Assembly (NCBI GenBank): GCA_963748035.1
Contig: CAVVHO010000006.1
Location: 144,176-208,175, forward strand
From: an uncultured Gemmatimonadales bacterium
GTDB lineage: Bacteria > Gemmatimonadota > Gemmatimonadetes > Gemmatimonadales > GWC2-71-9
DNA: 64,000 nt
Direction: 5' to 3'
Both the position numbers and the translations under genes were made by a program. The number at the start of each line of letters is the position of its first letter. The first letter of the stretch is position 1. The notes beneath the pieces were generated by a model that made no database searches, was not told where the DNA came from, and saw nothing but the letters and a program-made list of their open reading frames with translations. This document shows, piece after piece, positions 51,801 through 60,604 of the stretch.

Positions 51801-51825
51801 GATAGCCCAACCTACCCCAGCTCCC

Positions 51826-52941
51826 ATGCGCCGACCCATCGTCCTCCTCCTTGCCGCGACCGCCTGCGCGCACAGCGATCCCTTCCCCATCGGGACCGAC
51901 CCCTCGGACGGCCCGTTCGATCCGTCGCCGCCGGTGCGGATCACCTTCAATGCCACCCAGGATCTCCAACCGGCGTGGCTGCCGGATCAGTCCGGGGTGA
52001 TCTACGCCTTCGAGCTGACGGGGGTGGCACCCATTGATCGCTGCCTTGGCGTTCTGCCGCCCGGGGGCGGCACGCGCAAGGTCGAGAAGTGCTTCCCCGG
52101 AGACCTGACAAAGGACTCCACCGACGCGCTGCAATCGCCGGCGATCGGCCCCGGTGGCCTCGTCGCTTGGGTCGAGACCCATACCGTCGAGGGCCACATC
52201 CCTCCCGACCATTCGGCGATTCGGGTCGGCAGTCTCACCGTCACCGACTCGGGGCGCATTGTCCGCACATTCCCCTACCTCGCCGGCAGCGGTCTTGTCC
52301 ACGCAATCGCGACCCACCTCGCCTGGTTGAGCCCGGACACCCTGGTGTACCTCGGGCGGGACTTGGTCTACACGGCGGAGTGCTTCGGTTGTGCGATCGA
52401 CAGCCTCCCGACCGGCGGAGACATCGTGCTGCTCGACGTGAGCGTGCCAGTCCCCACCCCGGTCCTCGTCGCCGGCACCACCGGCGCCAACTCGCTCGCC
52501 GTGGGGGCGGACGGACGCACGGTCTATTACACCTTCCCCGAAAGCAGCCAGGTCTACCGCCAGACGGTGGACAACGGGGCCGTCAGCATCAGCCACGATT
52601 TCGGTCTTGGCCGGGTCGCGCGCGACCCGCAGGTCGTGGGGAACCGACTGATTGCGGTGGTGGATGGACGCTACCGGAACCGTGACGTGCCGCCCTACCC
52701 GCCAATCCAGCAGGACTTGGGCGGCGTGCTCGTTTCGGTGGACCTCACCTCCGGGATCGAGACACCACTCCCGGCCCAGGGGAACAATCTCTTCAAGCGG
52801 CCCGCGCTGTCGGCTTCGGGACAGCGCATTGTGGCCGAAGGGTACCCATTCATCCTGAACACGGTGCTTGACTCGACCGGCACGCCGGTGACCGACACGC
52901 TGCTCAGTCCGATTGCCGACCTCTGGCTGGTGGAGGAATGA
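51826..52941 (+). CDS. Lipoprotein, probable beta-propeller (PD40/TolB-like)
   Basis: 371 aa. Lipobox LLLAATAC. The composition is beta-strand rich, and the stop overlaps a possible downstream start (ATGA at 52938). Confidence 0.6.
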   Translation: MRRPIVLLLAATACAHSDPFPIGTDPSDGPFDPSPPVRITFNATQDLQPAWLPDQSGVIYAFELTGVAPIDRCLGVLPPGGGTRKVEKCFPGDLTKDSTDALQSPAIGPGGLVAWVETHTVEGHIPPDHSAIRVGSLTVTDSGRIVRTFPYLAGSGLVHAIATHLAWLSPDTLVYLGRDLVYTAECFGCAIDSLPTGGDIVLLDVSVPVPTPVLVAGTTGANSLAVGADGRTVYYTFPESSQVYRQTVDNGAVSISHDFGLGRVARDPQVVGNRLIAVVDGRYRNRDVPPYPPIQQDLGGVLVSVDLTSGIETPLPAQGNNLFKRPALSASGQRIVAEGYPFILNTVLDSTGTPVTDTLLSPIADLWLVEE

Positions 52942-52965
52942 GCATGCGCCGACTCATTCGCGGGA

Positions 52966-55716
52966 ATGCTGCTGGGGGCGGCGATGGTGGCACCCCTCGA
53001 AGGACAATCAGCGGGCGCCATAGCAGGCGTCGTGCGAGAAGCAGGAGCGAACGGCCAGCCGCTGCAGGGCGCGCGGGTGACGGCGGATGGCGGACGCTTC
53101 GTGACCACCACGGACGCCCATGGTTTCTATCGCATTCGCGAGGTCGTGGCCGGTTGGCACAGCGTCACAGCGGCCGCCATTGGCCAGCGTCCTCAGAACC
53201 GCGACAGCGTCCTCGTGCGCGCCGGCCAGACGACAACCCTCGACTTCGCCCTGACGTCGGATCCCGTGGGCCTGGAACCGATTGAGGTCATCGCCGGGCG
53301 GGTGGATTCGGTGCTGGATCCGCTCGCGGTGCAGGACCAGCAACGCTTCACCGCCGAAGAATTGCGGCGACTGCCCGTCTCCACCGTGGACGAGGCGATC
53401 GCGCTCTCGGGCGGCGCGGTCGGCGAGAGCTATCGCGGCGGACGGCTGGGTCAGCAGGCATTCATCCTCGATGGTCTGGGACTCAAGAATCAGCTCGACG
53501 CCTCCACCGGATCCCTTGGCATCCGCCTGCCACCCGATCTTCTTGCCGAGGCCTCGCTCATCACCAACGGGTTCTCGGCGCGCTATGGGCAGGCGGTGTC
53601 CGCCCTCGTGAACCTGTCGACCCGTGACGGCGGCGACCGCTGGGGCGGGCGTGTGGCCTACGAGACCGATCGCCCCCTTCCCGATGGGGCCGACTACGGC
53701 CTGGACCGCGCGGTCTTCAGCGTGGAAGGCCCGCTGCCCGCGGGGATCCGCGTCGTCGCCGTCGCCGATCTCTCCGGGCGCCTCGACGCCGATCCGGTGA
53801 AGGCGCCCGTCCCGTCCGACAGTCGCGATCCCCGTCATGACCGTCCGTGGGTCCTGCCTCACAACAGCGGCGAGCAGGCCGACCTCGGCACCAAGTTCAC
53901 CATTCCACTCGGCGCCCGGCAGACGCTCCGCATCCTCGGCGTGCATTCGGCGGACCAGCGCCAGCTCTTCGATCCGGCCTACAAGTACGACCCGGACTTT
54001 GGACCCGTGCAGCGCGTGACAGGCAACCTGCTCAACGCCCAGCTCCAGCGCACCTTCCCGGGCCCCGATATTACCGCGGACCTGCACTTCGGCTATTTCA
54101 GCCGGGACTTCGTGCGCGGCGCGGCGGTCGAGACGCCGGACTACAAGTTCGGCGCCTTCACCGGCGAGAAGATCCGGATCCAGGGAGAGGACATCGCCCG
54201 CAGCCAGGATACCGCGCTCGCACGCGCCGCTCTCCCCGGCTTCCTGGCCCCGACGTTCAGCGATCAGTCTCCGTGGGGTGTCCCGGCATTCTTTCTCAGC
54301 GGCGCTTCGCGCGGAGACCTTGCCTGGAATCACTTCCGCGAAGCCCGGGGCCGCCTCGACCTGAGCATCCCCGCCGGCAGGCAGAGCGATCTCTACTTCG
54401 GTGGCGAGTACTCGGCTCAGCACGTGCAGACCTTCCAGCGAGTGCTGGGCTACCTGCCCGCGAGCGACTCGGTCCCGGCGCCGGCGGCCTCCGATTTCAC
54501 ACCCTGGGCAGGCGCCCTCTACGCCGAGGTCCAGGGCCGGTCGAACGACCTGGCGGTCACCATCGGCATGCGCTACGACCAGTTCAGCGGGCGCAACGAT
54601 CTCAAGGGGAAGGCCGCCCACACCGCGCGCGCGCTGTCTCCCCGCTTCGCGGTCAGCACCGTCCTCAAGGGCGCGACCCTCGTCGCGAGCCTCGGCAAAT
54701 TCAGACAGGCTCCCGACTATCAGTACCTGGTGGACGCCGCATTCGACGACACCACCCGCACCGGTCGCTTCCGCCAGGGAAACCCGGGCCTGGGGTTCGA
54801 GGAATCCACCCAGTACGAATTCAGCCTGCGGCTCCGCCCGACCCAACTGACCAGCGTCCGCTTCAACGTCTACGTCCGGCGCCTCGATGGCCTGATCGCC
54901 TCCGTCCCGCTGGGCGCCGATCCTGACTCCAGCATCTTCGGGAACGCCGACGCCGGCTCGGTGAAGGGTGCGGAGGTAATTCTGGAACGGGAGTTTGCCC
55001 GCGGCTGGGGCGTGCGGGTGAGCTACAACCTGCAGGATGCGACGGCCCACTCCTCGGATGCGTTCTTCGTCCGGCGGGCGATCAGGATCGACCCGCTCAC
55101 CGGAGACACCATCATTCCGGCGAAGGTCGAGTTCCCGCTCGACTTCGATCGCCGCCACTCGCTCACCGCCATCGCGACGGGCACGGTGCCGGAGAGCTTC
55201 GGGCCCAGCCTGCTCGGCTCCAGGGTGCTCGGCGGAATCGAAGGCACCACGATCCTGCGCTACGCCTCCGGACTCCCCTACAGCCGCACCAATGCCGCGG
55301 GCGACTCGATCATCGGGCTCCCCAACGAGAGCCGGCTCCCTTCCAACTACACCGTCGACCTCCTGCTGCGACGTCCGCTGCACCTGGGCAAGTTCGGCGG
55401 GAGTCTCTACGTCGATGTCCGCAACCTGCTCAACCGCCAGAACCTCCTCGCGGTGCGCCGAGATACCGGCCAGCCAGGACTCAGCGACGCGGCGCTCCAG
55501 GCCCTGGCCCAAACCGCCTTCGCGGCCAATCCCGGTCCGATCCCCTTCGAGTCGCCGCGCTATCGGAGCTTTGCCGACCTGGATCACAACGGCCTGGTGG
55601 AGGGACAGAGCGAATTGCTGCCGCTCTATCTCGCCGCCGCGCGCGACGCGAACCAGCCGCTGTTTGTGTATGGGGCGCCGAGGTTGTTCAGGTTGGGCGT
55701 GGAGGTGGTGTTTTAG
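52966..55716 (+). CDS. TonB-dependent receptor with N-terminal carboxypeptidase-regulatory-like domain
   Basis: 916 aa. IAGVVRE...GARVTADGGRFVTTTDAHGFYRIREVVAGWHSVTAAAIG (CarboxypepD_reg), a plug region, and the C-terminal beta-barrel ending LGVEVVF. The true start may be ATG 52938 with a 1-nt frame disruption near 52962. Confidence 0.85.
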   Translation: MLLGAAMVAPLEGQSAGAIAGVVREAGANGQPLQGARVTADGGRFVTTTDAHGFYRIREVVAGWHSVTAAAIGQRPQNRDSVLVRAGQTTTLDFALTSDPVGLEPIEVIAGRVDSVLDPLAVQDQQRFTAEELRRLPVSTVDEAIALSGGAVGESYRGGRLGQQAFILDGLGLKNQLDASTGSLGIRLPPDLLAEASLITNGFSARYGQAVSALVNLSTRDGGDRWGGRVAYETDRPLPDGADYGLDRAVFSVEGPLPAGIRVVAVADLSGRLDADPVKAPVPSDSRDPRHDRPWVLPHNSGEQADLGTKFTIPLGARQTLRILGVHSADQRQLFDPAYKYDPDFGPVQRVTGNLLNAQLQRTFPGPDITADLHFGYFSRDFVRGAAVETPDYKFGAFTGEKIRIQGEDIARSQDTALARAALPGFLAPTFSDQSPWGVPAFFLSGASRGDLAWNHFREARGRLDLSIPAGRQSDLYFGGEYSAQHVQTFQRVLGYLPASDSVPAPAASDFTPWAGALYAEVQGRSNDLAVTIGMRYDQFSGRNDLKGKAAHTARALSPRFAVSTVLKGATLVASLGKFRQAPDYQYLVDAAFDDTTRTGRFRQGNPGLGFEESTQYEFSLRLRPTQLTSVRFNVYVRRLDGLIASVPLGADPDSSIFGNADAGSVKGAEVILEREFARGWGVRVSYNLQDATAHSSDAFFVRRAIRIDPLTGDTIIPAKVEFPLDFDRRHSLTAIATGTVPESFGPSLLGSRVLGGIEGTTILRYASGLPYSRTNAAGDSIIGLPNESRLPSNYTVDLLLRRPLHLGKFGGSLYVDVRNLLNRQNLLAVRRDTGQPGLSDAALQALAQTAFAANPGPIPFESPRYRSFADLDHNGLVEGQSELLPLYLAAARDANQPLFVYGAPRLFRLGVEVVF

Positions 55717-55782
55717 GGGACGGGCCGACGGGCGACGGGACGACGGGACGACGGGACGACGGGACGACGGGACGACGGGAGT
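55717..55782. repeat. Octamer array (GACGGGAC x about 6, preceded by GACGGGC variants)
   Basis: ggggacgggccgacgggcgacgggacgacgggacgacgggacgacgggacgacgggacgacggga. Confidence 0.9.
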
Positions 55783-55818
55783 AGGTGGTTGACGCTTGGT
55801 TGACGCAAGAGGGCTAAG

Positions 55819-56199
55819 TTGTCCGCCATGCGAGTCTTCGAACGCCTCGATGCATGGCAGCGCTGTCACGAACTCACGCTCGCGGTGTACCTGGTCACAC
55901 GCAATTGGTCCGACAGCGAGCGGTTCGGCCTGATCAGTCAGGTGCGGCGAGCTGCAGTTTCTGTTGAGTGCAACATCGCCGAAGGAGCAGCAAAGCGCGG
56001 TCCGGCCGAGTTTCGGCGCTACCTGGACATCGCGCTAGGGTCTCTCTCCGAGGTGGCTTGCTTGCTGCGCATCGCGGCGGATCTCAATTTGCATAGTCAG
56101 GTTGAATCCGAGCGGATCAATGAGATCCGTGAGAAGGCGAGCCAAGTCACCTGGCGCCTTTATCAATCGATGTCCAAGGCAAGGTCAACTACTTCCTAG
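55819..56199 (+). CDS. Four-helix-bundle protein (23S rRNA intervening-sequence protein / Avd-like family), second copy
   Basis: 126 aa. MRVFERLDAWQRCHELTLAVYLVTRNWSDSERFGLISQVRRAAVSVECNIAEGAAKRG...GSLSEVACLLRIAADLNL. The start may be ATG 55828. Confidence 0.87.
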   Translation: MSAMRVFERLDAWQRCHELTLAVYLVTRNWSDSERFGLISQVRRAAVSVECNIAEGAAKRGPAEFRRYLDIALGSLSEVACLLRIAADLNLHSQVESERINEIREKASQVTWRLYQSMSKARSTTS

Positions 56200-56247
56200 T
56201 AGGATCGATCGCTCCGGCGTCGCTTCGGTCCGCCACTCCTCGTACTT

Positions 56248-56302
56248 CCCCTCCCGTCCGTCATTTTCTTTTCCCGTGCGTCCCGTCGGCCCGTCGGACC
56301 GC
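56248..56302. repeat. Imperfect array complementary to 55717-55782 (CCCGTCC/CCCGTCG units)
   Basis: cccctcccgtccgtcattttcttttcccgtgcgtcccgtcggcccgtcggaccgcc. The reverse complement contains acgggccgacggg, identical to a stretch in the upstream array. Confidence 0.8.
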
Positions 56303-56340
56303 CTAGCGGCTCCCCCCAAGAAATGCTTAATTCCCCTCCC

Positions 56341-57142
56341 ATGTCCTCCGCCCCACTCCCAATCCGCAGGCGCTTCGGCGAGACCATGCGTTCCGACGCG
56401 TGGTGGGTGCAGCCGGTGGTCGTCTTCATCGTCCTGGCCGGCTTCCTGGGCTATGCCAACTGGGCGGCATGGCAGGGCGCCTACTACAGCTACGGCAACT
56501 ATCTCTCGCCCTTCTATTCCCCCGAACTCTGGGGGAAGTTCGCCGCACGCCTGGTTCGGGCCCCCGCCCGCGTGGTGGCCGTCGTGGTTGGTGTTCTCTC
56601 CGGCCCTGATCATCCTGCCGTTTCCCGGCCTCTTCCGGGTCACCTGCTACTACTATCGCGGCGCCTACTACAAGGCGTTCTGGGCGGACCCGCCGTCCTG
56701 TGCGGTCGGTGAGCCGCGCAAGCGCTATTGGGGCGAGGCGTCGTTCCCGCTCATCATGCAGAACATCCACCGCTATTTCCTGTACGCCGCGCTTTTCATT
56801 GTCGTGGCGCTGCTTATCGACGTCTACAAGGCGCTGTGGTTCACCGACCCCGTGACCGGACAGACATCCTTCGGGATTGGTGTGGGGACGCTGATACTCG
56901 CCGTGAACGCCACGCTGCTCGGCGGCTACACCCTCGGCTGCCACTCGCTGCGCCACATCATCGGCGGGTATCGCGACCGGCTGGCTGGCTCCCCGGTGAG
57001 AAAGCGGGCCTACGACTGCTCGAGCTGTCTCAACCGCGGGCACATGCGCTGGGCCTGGCTGAGTCTCTTCTCCGTCATGTTCGCCGACATCTACGTCCGC
57101 CTCTGCGCGATGGGCATCTGGACGGACTTCCGGCTTCTGTGA
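56341..57142 (+). pseudogene. sdhC: Succinate dehydrogenase/fumarate reductase cytochrome b subunit (b558-type), with a +1 frame disruption near 56531-56537
   Basis: The N-terminus is in track ORF 56323-56712 (MSSAPLPIRRRFGETMRSDAWWVQPVVVFIVLAGFLGYANWAAWQGAYYSYGNYLSPFYSPELWG). It continues in the frame of 56102-57142 (SSPHAWFGPPPAWWPSWLVFSPALIILPFPGLFRVTCYYYRGAYYKAFW...). The junction is at tgggggaagttcg. The gene is directly followed by sdhA and sdhB. It may be a sequencing error rather than a dead gene. Confidence 0.75.
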
Positions 57143-57233
57143 CGCTGCACACTCGAGGCCCTGAGCATAAGGGGCTCGCTCGCGCCGACGGGCCCGCCGA
57201 GCGCTCGCCGATCCTGTGTGCAAGGCCTCCCTA

Positions 57234-59054
57234 ATGGCTGACTACCAGACGTTCGAGCACGACGTGCTCGTGATCGGAGCCGGCGGGGCCGGGCTCCGCG
57301 CCGCCATCGCCGCGTCCGCCGCGGGGGTGTCGGTCGGTCTGGTGTGCAAGTCCCTGCTCGGCAAGGCGCACACCGTCATGGCCGAGGGCGGCATTGCGGC
57401 GGCGCTGGGGAACGTGGACAACCGCGACGGCTGGCAGGTGCATTTCGCCGATACCATGCGCGGCGGCCAGTACCTCAATAACTGGCGCATGGCCGAGCTG
57501 CATGCGAAGGAGGCGCCGGACCGGGTGCGGGAGCTGGAGGCGTGGGGCGCGCTCTTCGACCGCACCCCTGACGGGCGCATCCTCCAGCGCAACTTCGGCG
57601 GGCACAAGTATCCCCGCCTGGCACACGTGGGCGACCGCACCGGCCTGGAGATGATCCGCACCCTGCAGGACCACAGCATCCATCTGGGGATCGACGTGCA
57701 CATGGAGTGCACCGTCCTGAGGTTGCTCACCGACGGCAACCGCATCACCGGAGCCTTCGGCTACGACCGGGAGCGGGGACGGTTCCGGGTCTATCGCTGC
57801 AAGGCGATCGTGCTGGCCACCGGCGGAGTCGGGCGGGCCTTCTCTATTACCAGTAACAGTTGGGAGTACACCGGGGACGGGCAGGCCCTGGCCTATCGGG
57901 CCGGCGCTGCGCTGCAGGACATGGAGTTCGTGCAGTTCCATCCCACCGGGATGATCTGGCCGCCCAGCGTGCGTGGCCTCCTCGTGACCGAGGGCGTGCG
58001 GGGAGAGGGCGGCGTCCTGCGCAACAAGCTCGGCAAGCGCTTCATGTTCGACGATATCCCGGAGAACTACCGCAGTCAGACCGCCGACAACGAAGAGGAG
58101 GGCTGGCGCTACACTCAGGGCGACAAGACCGCCCGGCGGCCGCCCGAGCTGCTGACTCGCGATCACGTCGCCCGCTGTATCATGCGCGAGGTGCGCGAGG
58201 GACGCGGGAGCCCGCACGGCGGCGTCTTCCTCGACATATCCTGGATCAAGGAAAGGCTTCCGGGGGCCCGGGAGCATATCATGAAGAAGTTGCCCAGCAT
58301 GTATCATCAGTTCAAACAACTGGCGGACATCGACATCACCACCACGCCGATGGAAATCGGGCCGACGACGCATTACATGATGGGCGGCATTCGGGTGGAT
58401 GGAGACAGCCAGATGAGCACCCTGCCCGGCCTGTTCGCCGCCGGCGAGTGCGCCGCCGGCCTGCACGGCGCCAATCGGCTGGGCGGCAATTCCCTCTCGG
58501 ATCTTGTGGTGTTCGGCAAGCGGGCCGGTGAGTACGCCGCGAACTGGGCCAAGGACCACGGCGCCGCGGCGCTCGATGCCGGACAGGTCGACGAGGCCGC
58601 GCGCGAGGCGTTGGCGCCGTTTGAGCGCGGCTCGGCCTCCAACGGCCACGGCCCCTACCAGGTGCAGCAGGATCTGCAGGTGATGATGCAGGATCTGGTC
58701 GGCATCGTGCGGCTGGGGCCGGAGATGGAGCGGAGCCTTGAGGGAATCGAAAAGCTCAAAGTGCGGGCGGCCAAAGTCGGGGTGAGCGGGAATCGCGAGT
58801 ACAACCCGGGCTGGCACACCGCGCTCGACCTTGCCAACCTGCTCTCGGTATCGGAAGCGATCGCCCGCGCGGCGATCGAGCGGAAGGAGAGCCGGGGCGG
58901 CCACTTCCGGGATGACTTCCCGGACAAGGATCCGGCCTACGCCAAGTTCAACATTGTGATCAAGCAGGGACCCGACGGCGCGATGCAGCTCTCGCGCGAG
59001 CCGATCGCGCCGATGCCCGCCGAGCTGGCCCGCGTCATCGAGGAGCAGAAGTAG
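57234..59054 (+). CDS. sdhA: Succinate dehydrogenase/fumarate reductase flavoprotein subunit
   Basis: Starts at ATG 57234 (MADYQTFEHDVLVIGAGGAGLRAAI). HTVMAEGG, HPTG and RGGHFR motifs. Confidence 0.95.
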   Translation: MADYQTFEHDVLVIGAGGAGLRAAIAASAAGVSVGLVCKSLLGKAHTVMAEGGIAAALGNVDNRDGWQVHFADTMRGGQYLNNWRMAELHAKEAPDRVRELEAWGALFDRTPDGRILQRNFGGHKYPRLAHVGDRTGLEMIRTLQDHSIHLGIDVHMECTVLRLLTDGNRITGAFGYDRERGRFRVYRCKAIVLATGGVGRAFSITSNSWEYTGDGQALAYRAGAALQDMEFVQFHPTGMIWPPSVRGLLVTEGVRGEGGVLRNKLGKRFMFDDIPENYRSQTADNEEEGWRYTQGDKTARRPPELLTRDHVARCIMREVREGRGSPHGGVFLDISWIKERLPGAREHIMKKLPSMYHQFKQLADIDITTTPMEIGPTTHYMMGGIRVDGDSQMSTLPGLFAAGECAAGLHGANRLGGNSLSDLVVFGKRAGEYAANWAKDHGAAALDAGQVDEAAREALAPFERGSASNGHGPYQVQQDLQVMMQDLVGIVRLGPEMERSLEGIEKLKVRAAKVGVSGNREYNPGWHTALDLANLLSVSEAIARAAIERKESRGGHFRDDFPDKDPAYAKFNIVIKQGPDGAMQLSREPIAPMPAELARVIEEQK

Positions 59055-59059
59055 CGATC

Positions 59060-59854
59060 ATGACATCACCACAGCAAGCTCAGGGCACCCCGTCAGAGCC
59101 GCGCACCACCGCCACCTTCCGGGTATGGCGCGGCGATGCCCAGGGCGGAAAGCTGGTGGATTACTCCACCACCGTCACCGATGGCATGGTGGTGCTCGAC
59201 GCCATCCAGCAGATCCAGGCCGACCAGGCCAACGACCTCGCGGTGCGCTGGAACTGCAAGGCCGGCAAGTGCGGCTCCTGCTCGGCGGAAGTGAACGGCA
59301 ACCCCAAGCTCATGTGCATGACGCGGCTCAACGAGCTGCCGCTGGACAAGCCGGTCACCGTGGAGCCGATGCGGGCCTTCCCGCTCATCCGCGACCTGGT
59401 GACGGATGTCTCGTGGAATTTCCGGGTGAAGAAAGGCATTGCGAAGTTCACTCCGCGCGCCCCTGACGCGCCGGATGGCACCTGGCGGATGGATCAGTCC
59501 GACGTCGACCGGGTGCAGGAGTTCCGGAAATGCATCGAGTGCTTTCTGTGCCAGGACGTGTGTCACGTCCTTCGGGATCACCATATGCACGACGAGTTCA
59601 TCGGGCCGCGGTTCCTGGTGTATGTCGCGGCGCTGGAGATGCATCCGCTCGATACCGCGGACCGGGTCGAGGAACTCAGGAAGGCGCACGGCATCGGCTA
59701 CTGCAACATCACCAAGTGTTGCACCCGGGTCTGCCCCGAGCACATTACGATCACTGACAACGCGATCATCCCCCTCAAGGAACGGGTGGTGGACGAGTAC
59801 TACGACCCGCTGGGAAAACTGTTCAAGATCTTCAGCAGAGCCGACTCAGCCTAG
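59060..59854 (+). CDS. sdhB: Succinate dehydrogenase/fumarate reductase iron-sulfur subunit
   Basis: 264 aa. Cys clusters CKAGKCGSCSAEVNG...C, CIECFLCQDVC and CNITKCCTRVCP. Confidence 0.93.
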   Translation: MTSPQQAQGTPSEPRTTATFRVWRGDAQGGKLVDYSTTVTDGMVVLDAIQQIQADQANDLAVRWNCKAGKCGSCSAEVNGNPKLMCMTRLNELPLDKPVTVEPMRAFPLIRDLVTDVSWNFRVKKGIAKFTPRAPDAPDGTWRMDQSDVDRVQEFRKCIECFLCQDVCHVLRDHHMHDEFIGPRFLVYVAALEMHPLDTADRVEELRKAHGIGYCNITKCCTRVCPEHITITDNAIIPLKERVVDEYYDPLGKLFKIFSRADSA

Positions 59855-59867
59855 CGTGGGGTGATAC

Positions 59868-60458
59868 GTGACCCTCGAGCCCAAGCCGATCTCCAAGGAA
59901 GGCGTGCCCCTCGCCCTGCAGAAGGCGGAACGCTACCGGGTGATCAACGATCCCTCCTCCGCCGAAAGCATCTGCCTCGACATCCTCCAGATTGATCCCG
60001 ACAATCAGCAGGCGCTGGTGGCCCTGCTGCTCTCCATCACCGATCAATTCGGCGAGTCGCACGGCGATGGCCTGCGTCGCGCGAAGGAGCTGCTGCCGCG
60101 CCTGCGGGACAGCTACCGCCAGGCGTACTATGCCGGGATCATCGCCGAACGATTCGCGAAGGCGCAGCTCCGCCGCGGCGGACTCACCTCAGGGGAGATG
60201 GCGTACCATGGGTTTCACGAGGCGATGACCTGGTACGAGAAGGCGGAGGCCCAGCGTCCCGCCGGCAACGACGAGGCGATCCTCAGGTGGAACACCTGTG
60301 TCCGTATCCTGGCCCAGCAACCCGCACCTCCAACCTCGCGCGGACGAGTCGGTGGAGATGGGGCTGGAGTAGGCGACGTAGCGGCGGAGCAGTGCTCCGC
60401 CGTCGGTTGGAAGGATGGAAGGATGGAAGGATGGAAAGACGGAAGGATGGAAGGTTGA
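59868..60458 (+). CDS. Hypothetical protein (helical, TPR-like); 3' end uncertain
   Basis: 196-aa track ORF from GTG 59868. The last 50 or so codons run into the GGAAGGAT array. An alternative +1 frame gives a tidy end ...NPHLQPRADESVEMGLE with TAG at 60370-72. Confidence 0.55.
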   Translation: MTLEPKPISKEGVPLALQKAERYRVINDPSSAESICLDILQIDPDNQQALVALLLSITDQFGESHGDGLRRAKELLPRLRDSYRQAYYAGIIAERFAKAQLRRGGLTSGEMAYHGFHEAMTWYEKAEAQRPAGNDEAILRWNTCVRILAQQPAPPTSRGRVGGDGAGVGDVAAEQCSAVGWKDGRMEGWKDGRMEG

Positions 60459-60527
60459 GGATATGGAGGCCCAGTATTCTTCCGGCTCCCGTCCTCCCGT
60501 TTCCGCCCTCCCGTCTTTCCGTCCGTA
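60408..60527. repeat. Octamer array (GGAAGGAT x about 6) with an imperfect inverted partner
   Basis: ggaaggatggaaggatggaaggatggaaagacggaaggatggaagg (60408-60456) and ttccggctcccgtcctcccgtttccgccctcccgtctttccgtccgt (60480-60527). Confidence 0.85.
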
Positions 60528-60604
60528 CGCCTGCCCCCTCCAAAGCGGACACTAGGCTCTCCCTGCCACCTCATGGTCAATTTGTGCCGACGCGTAGTTG
60601 GGGA

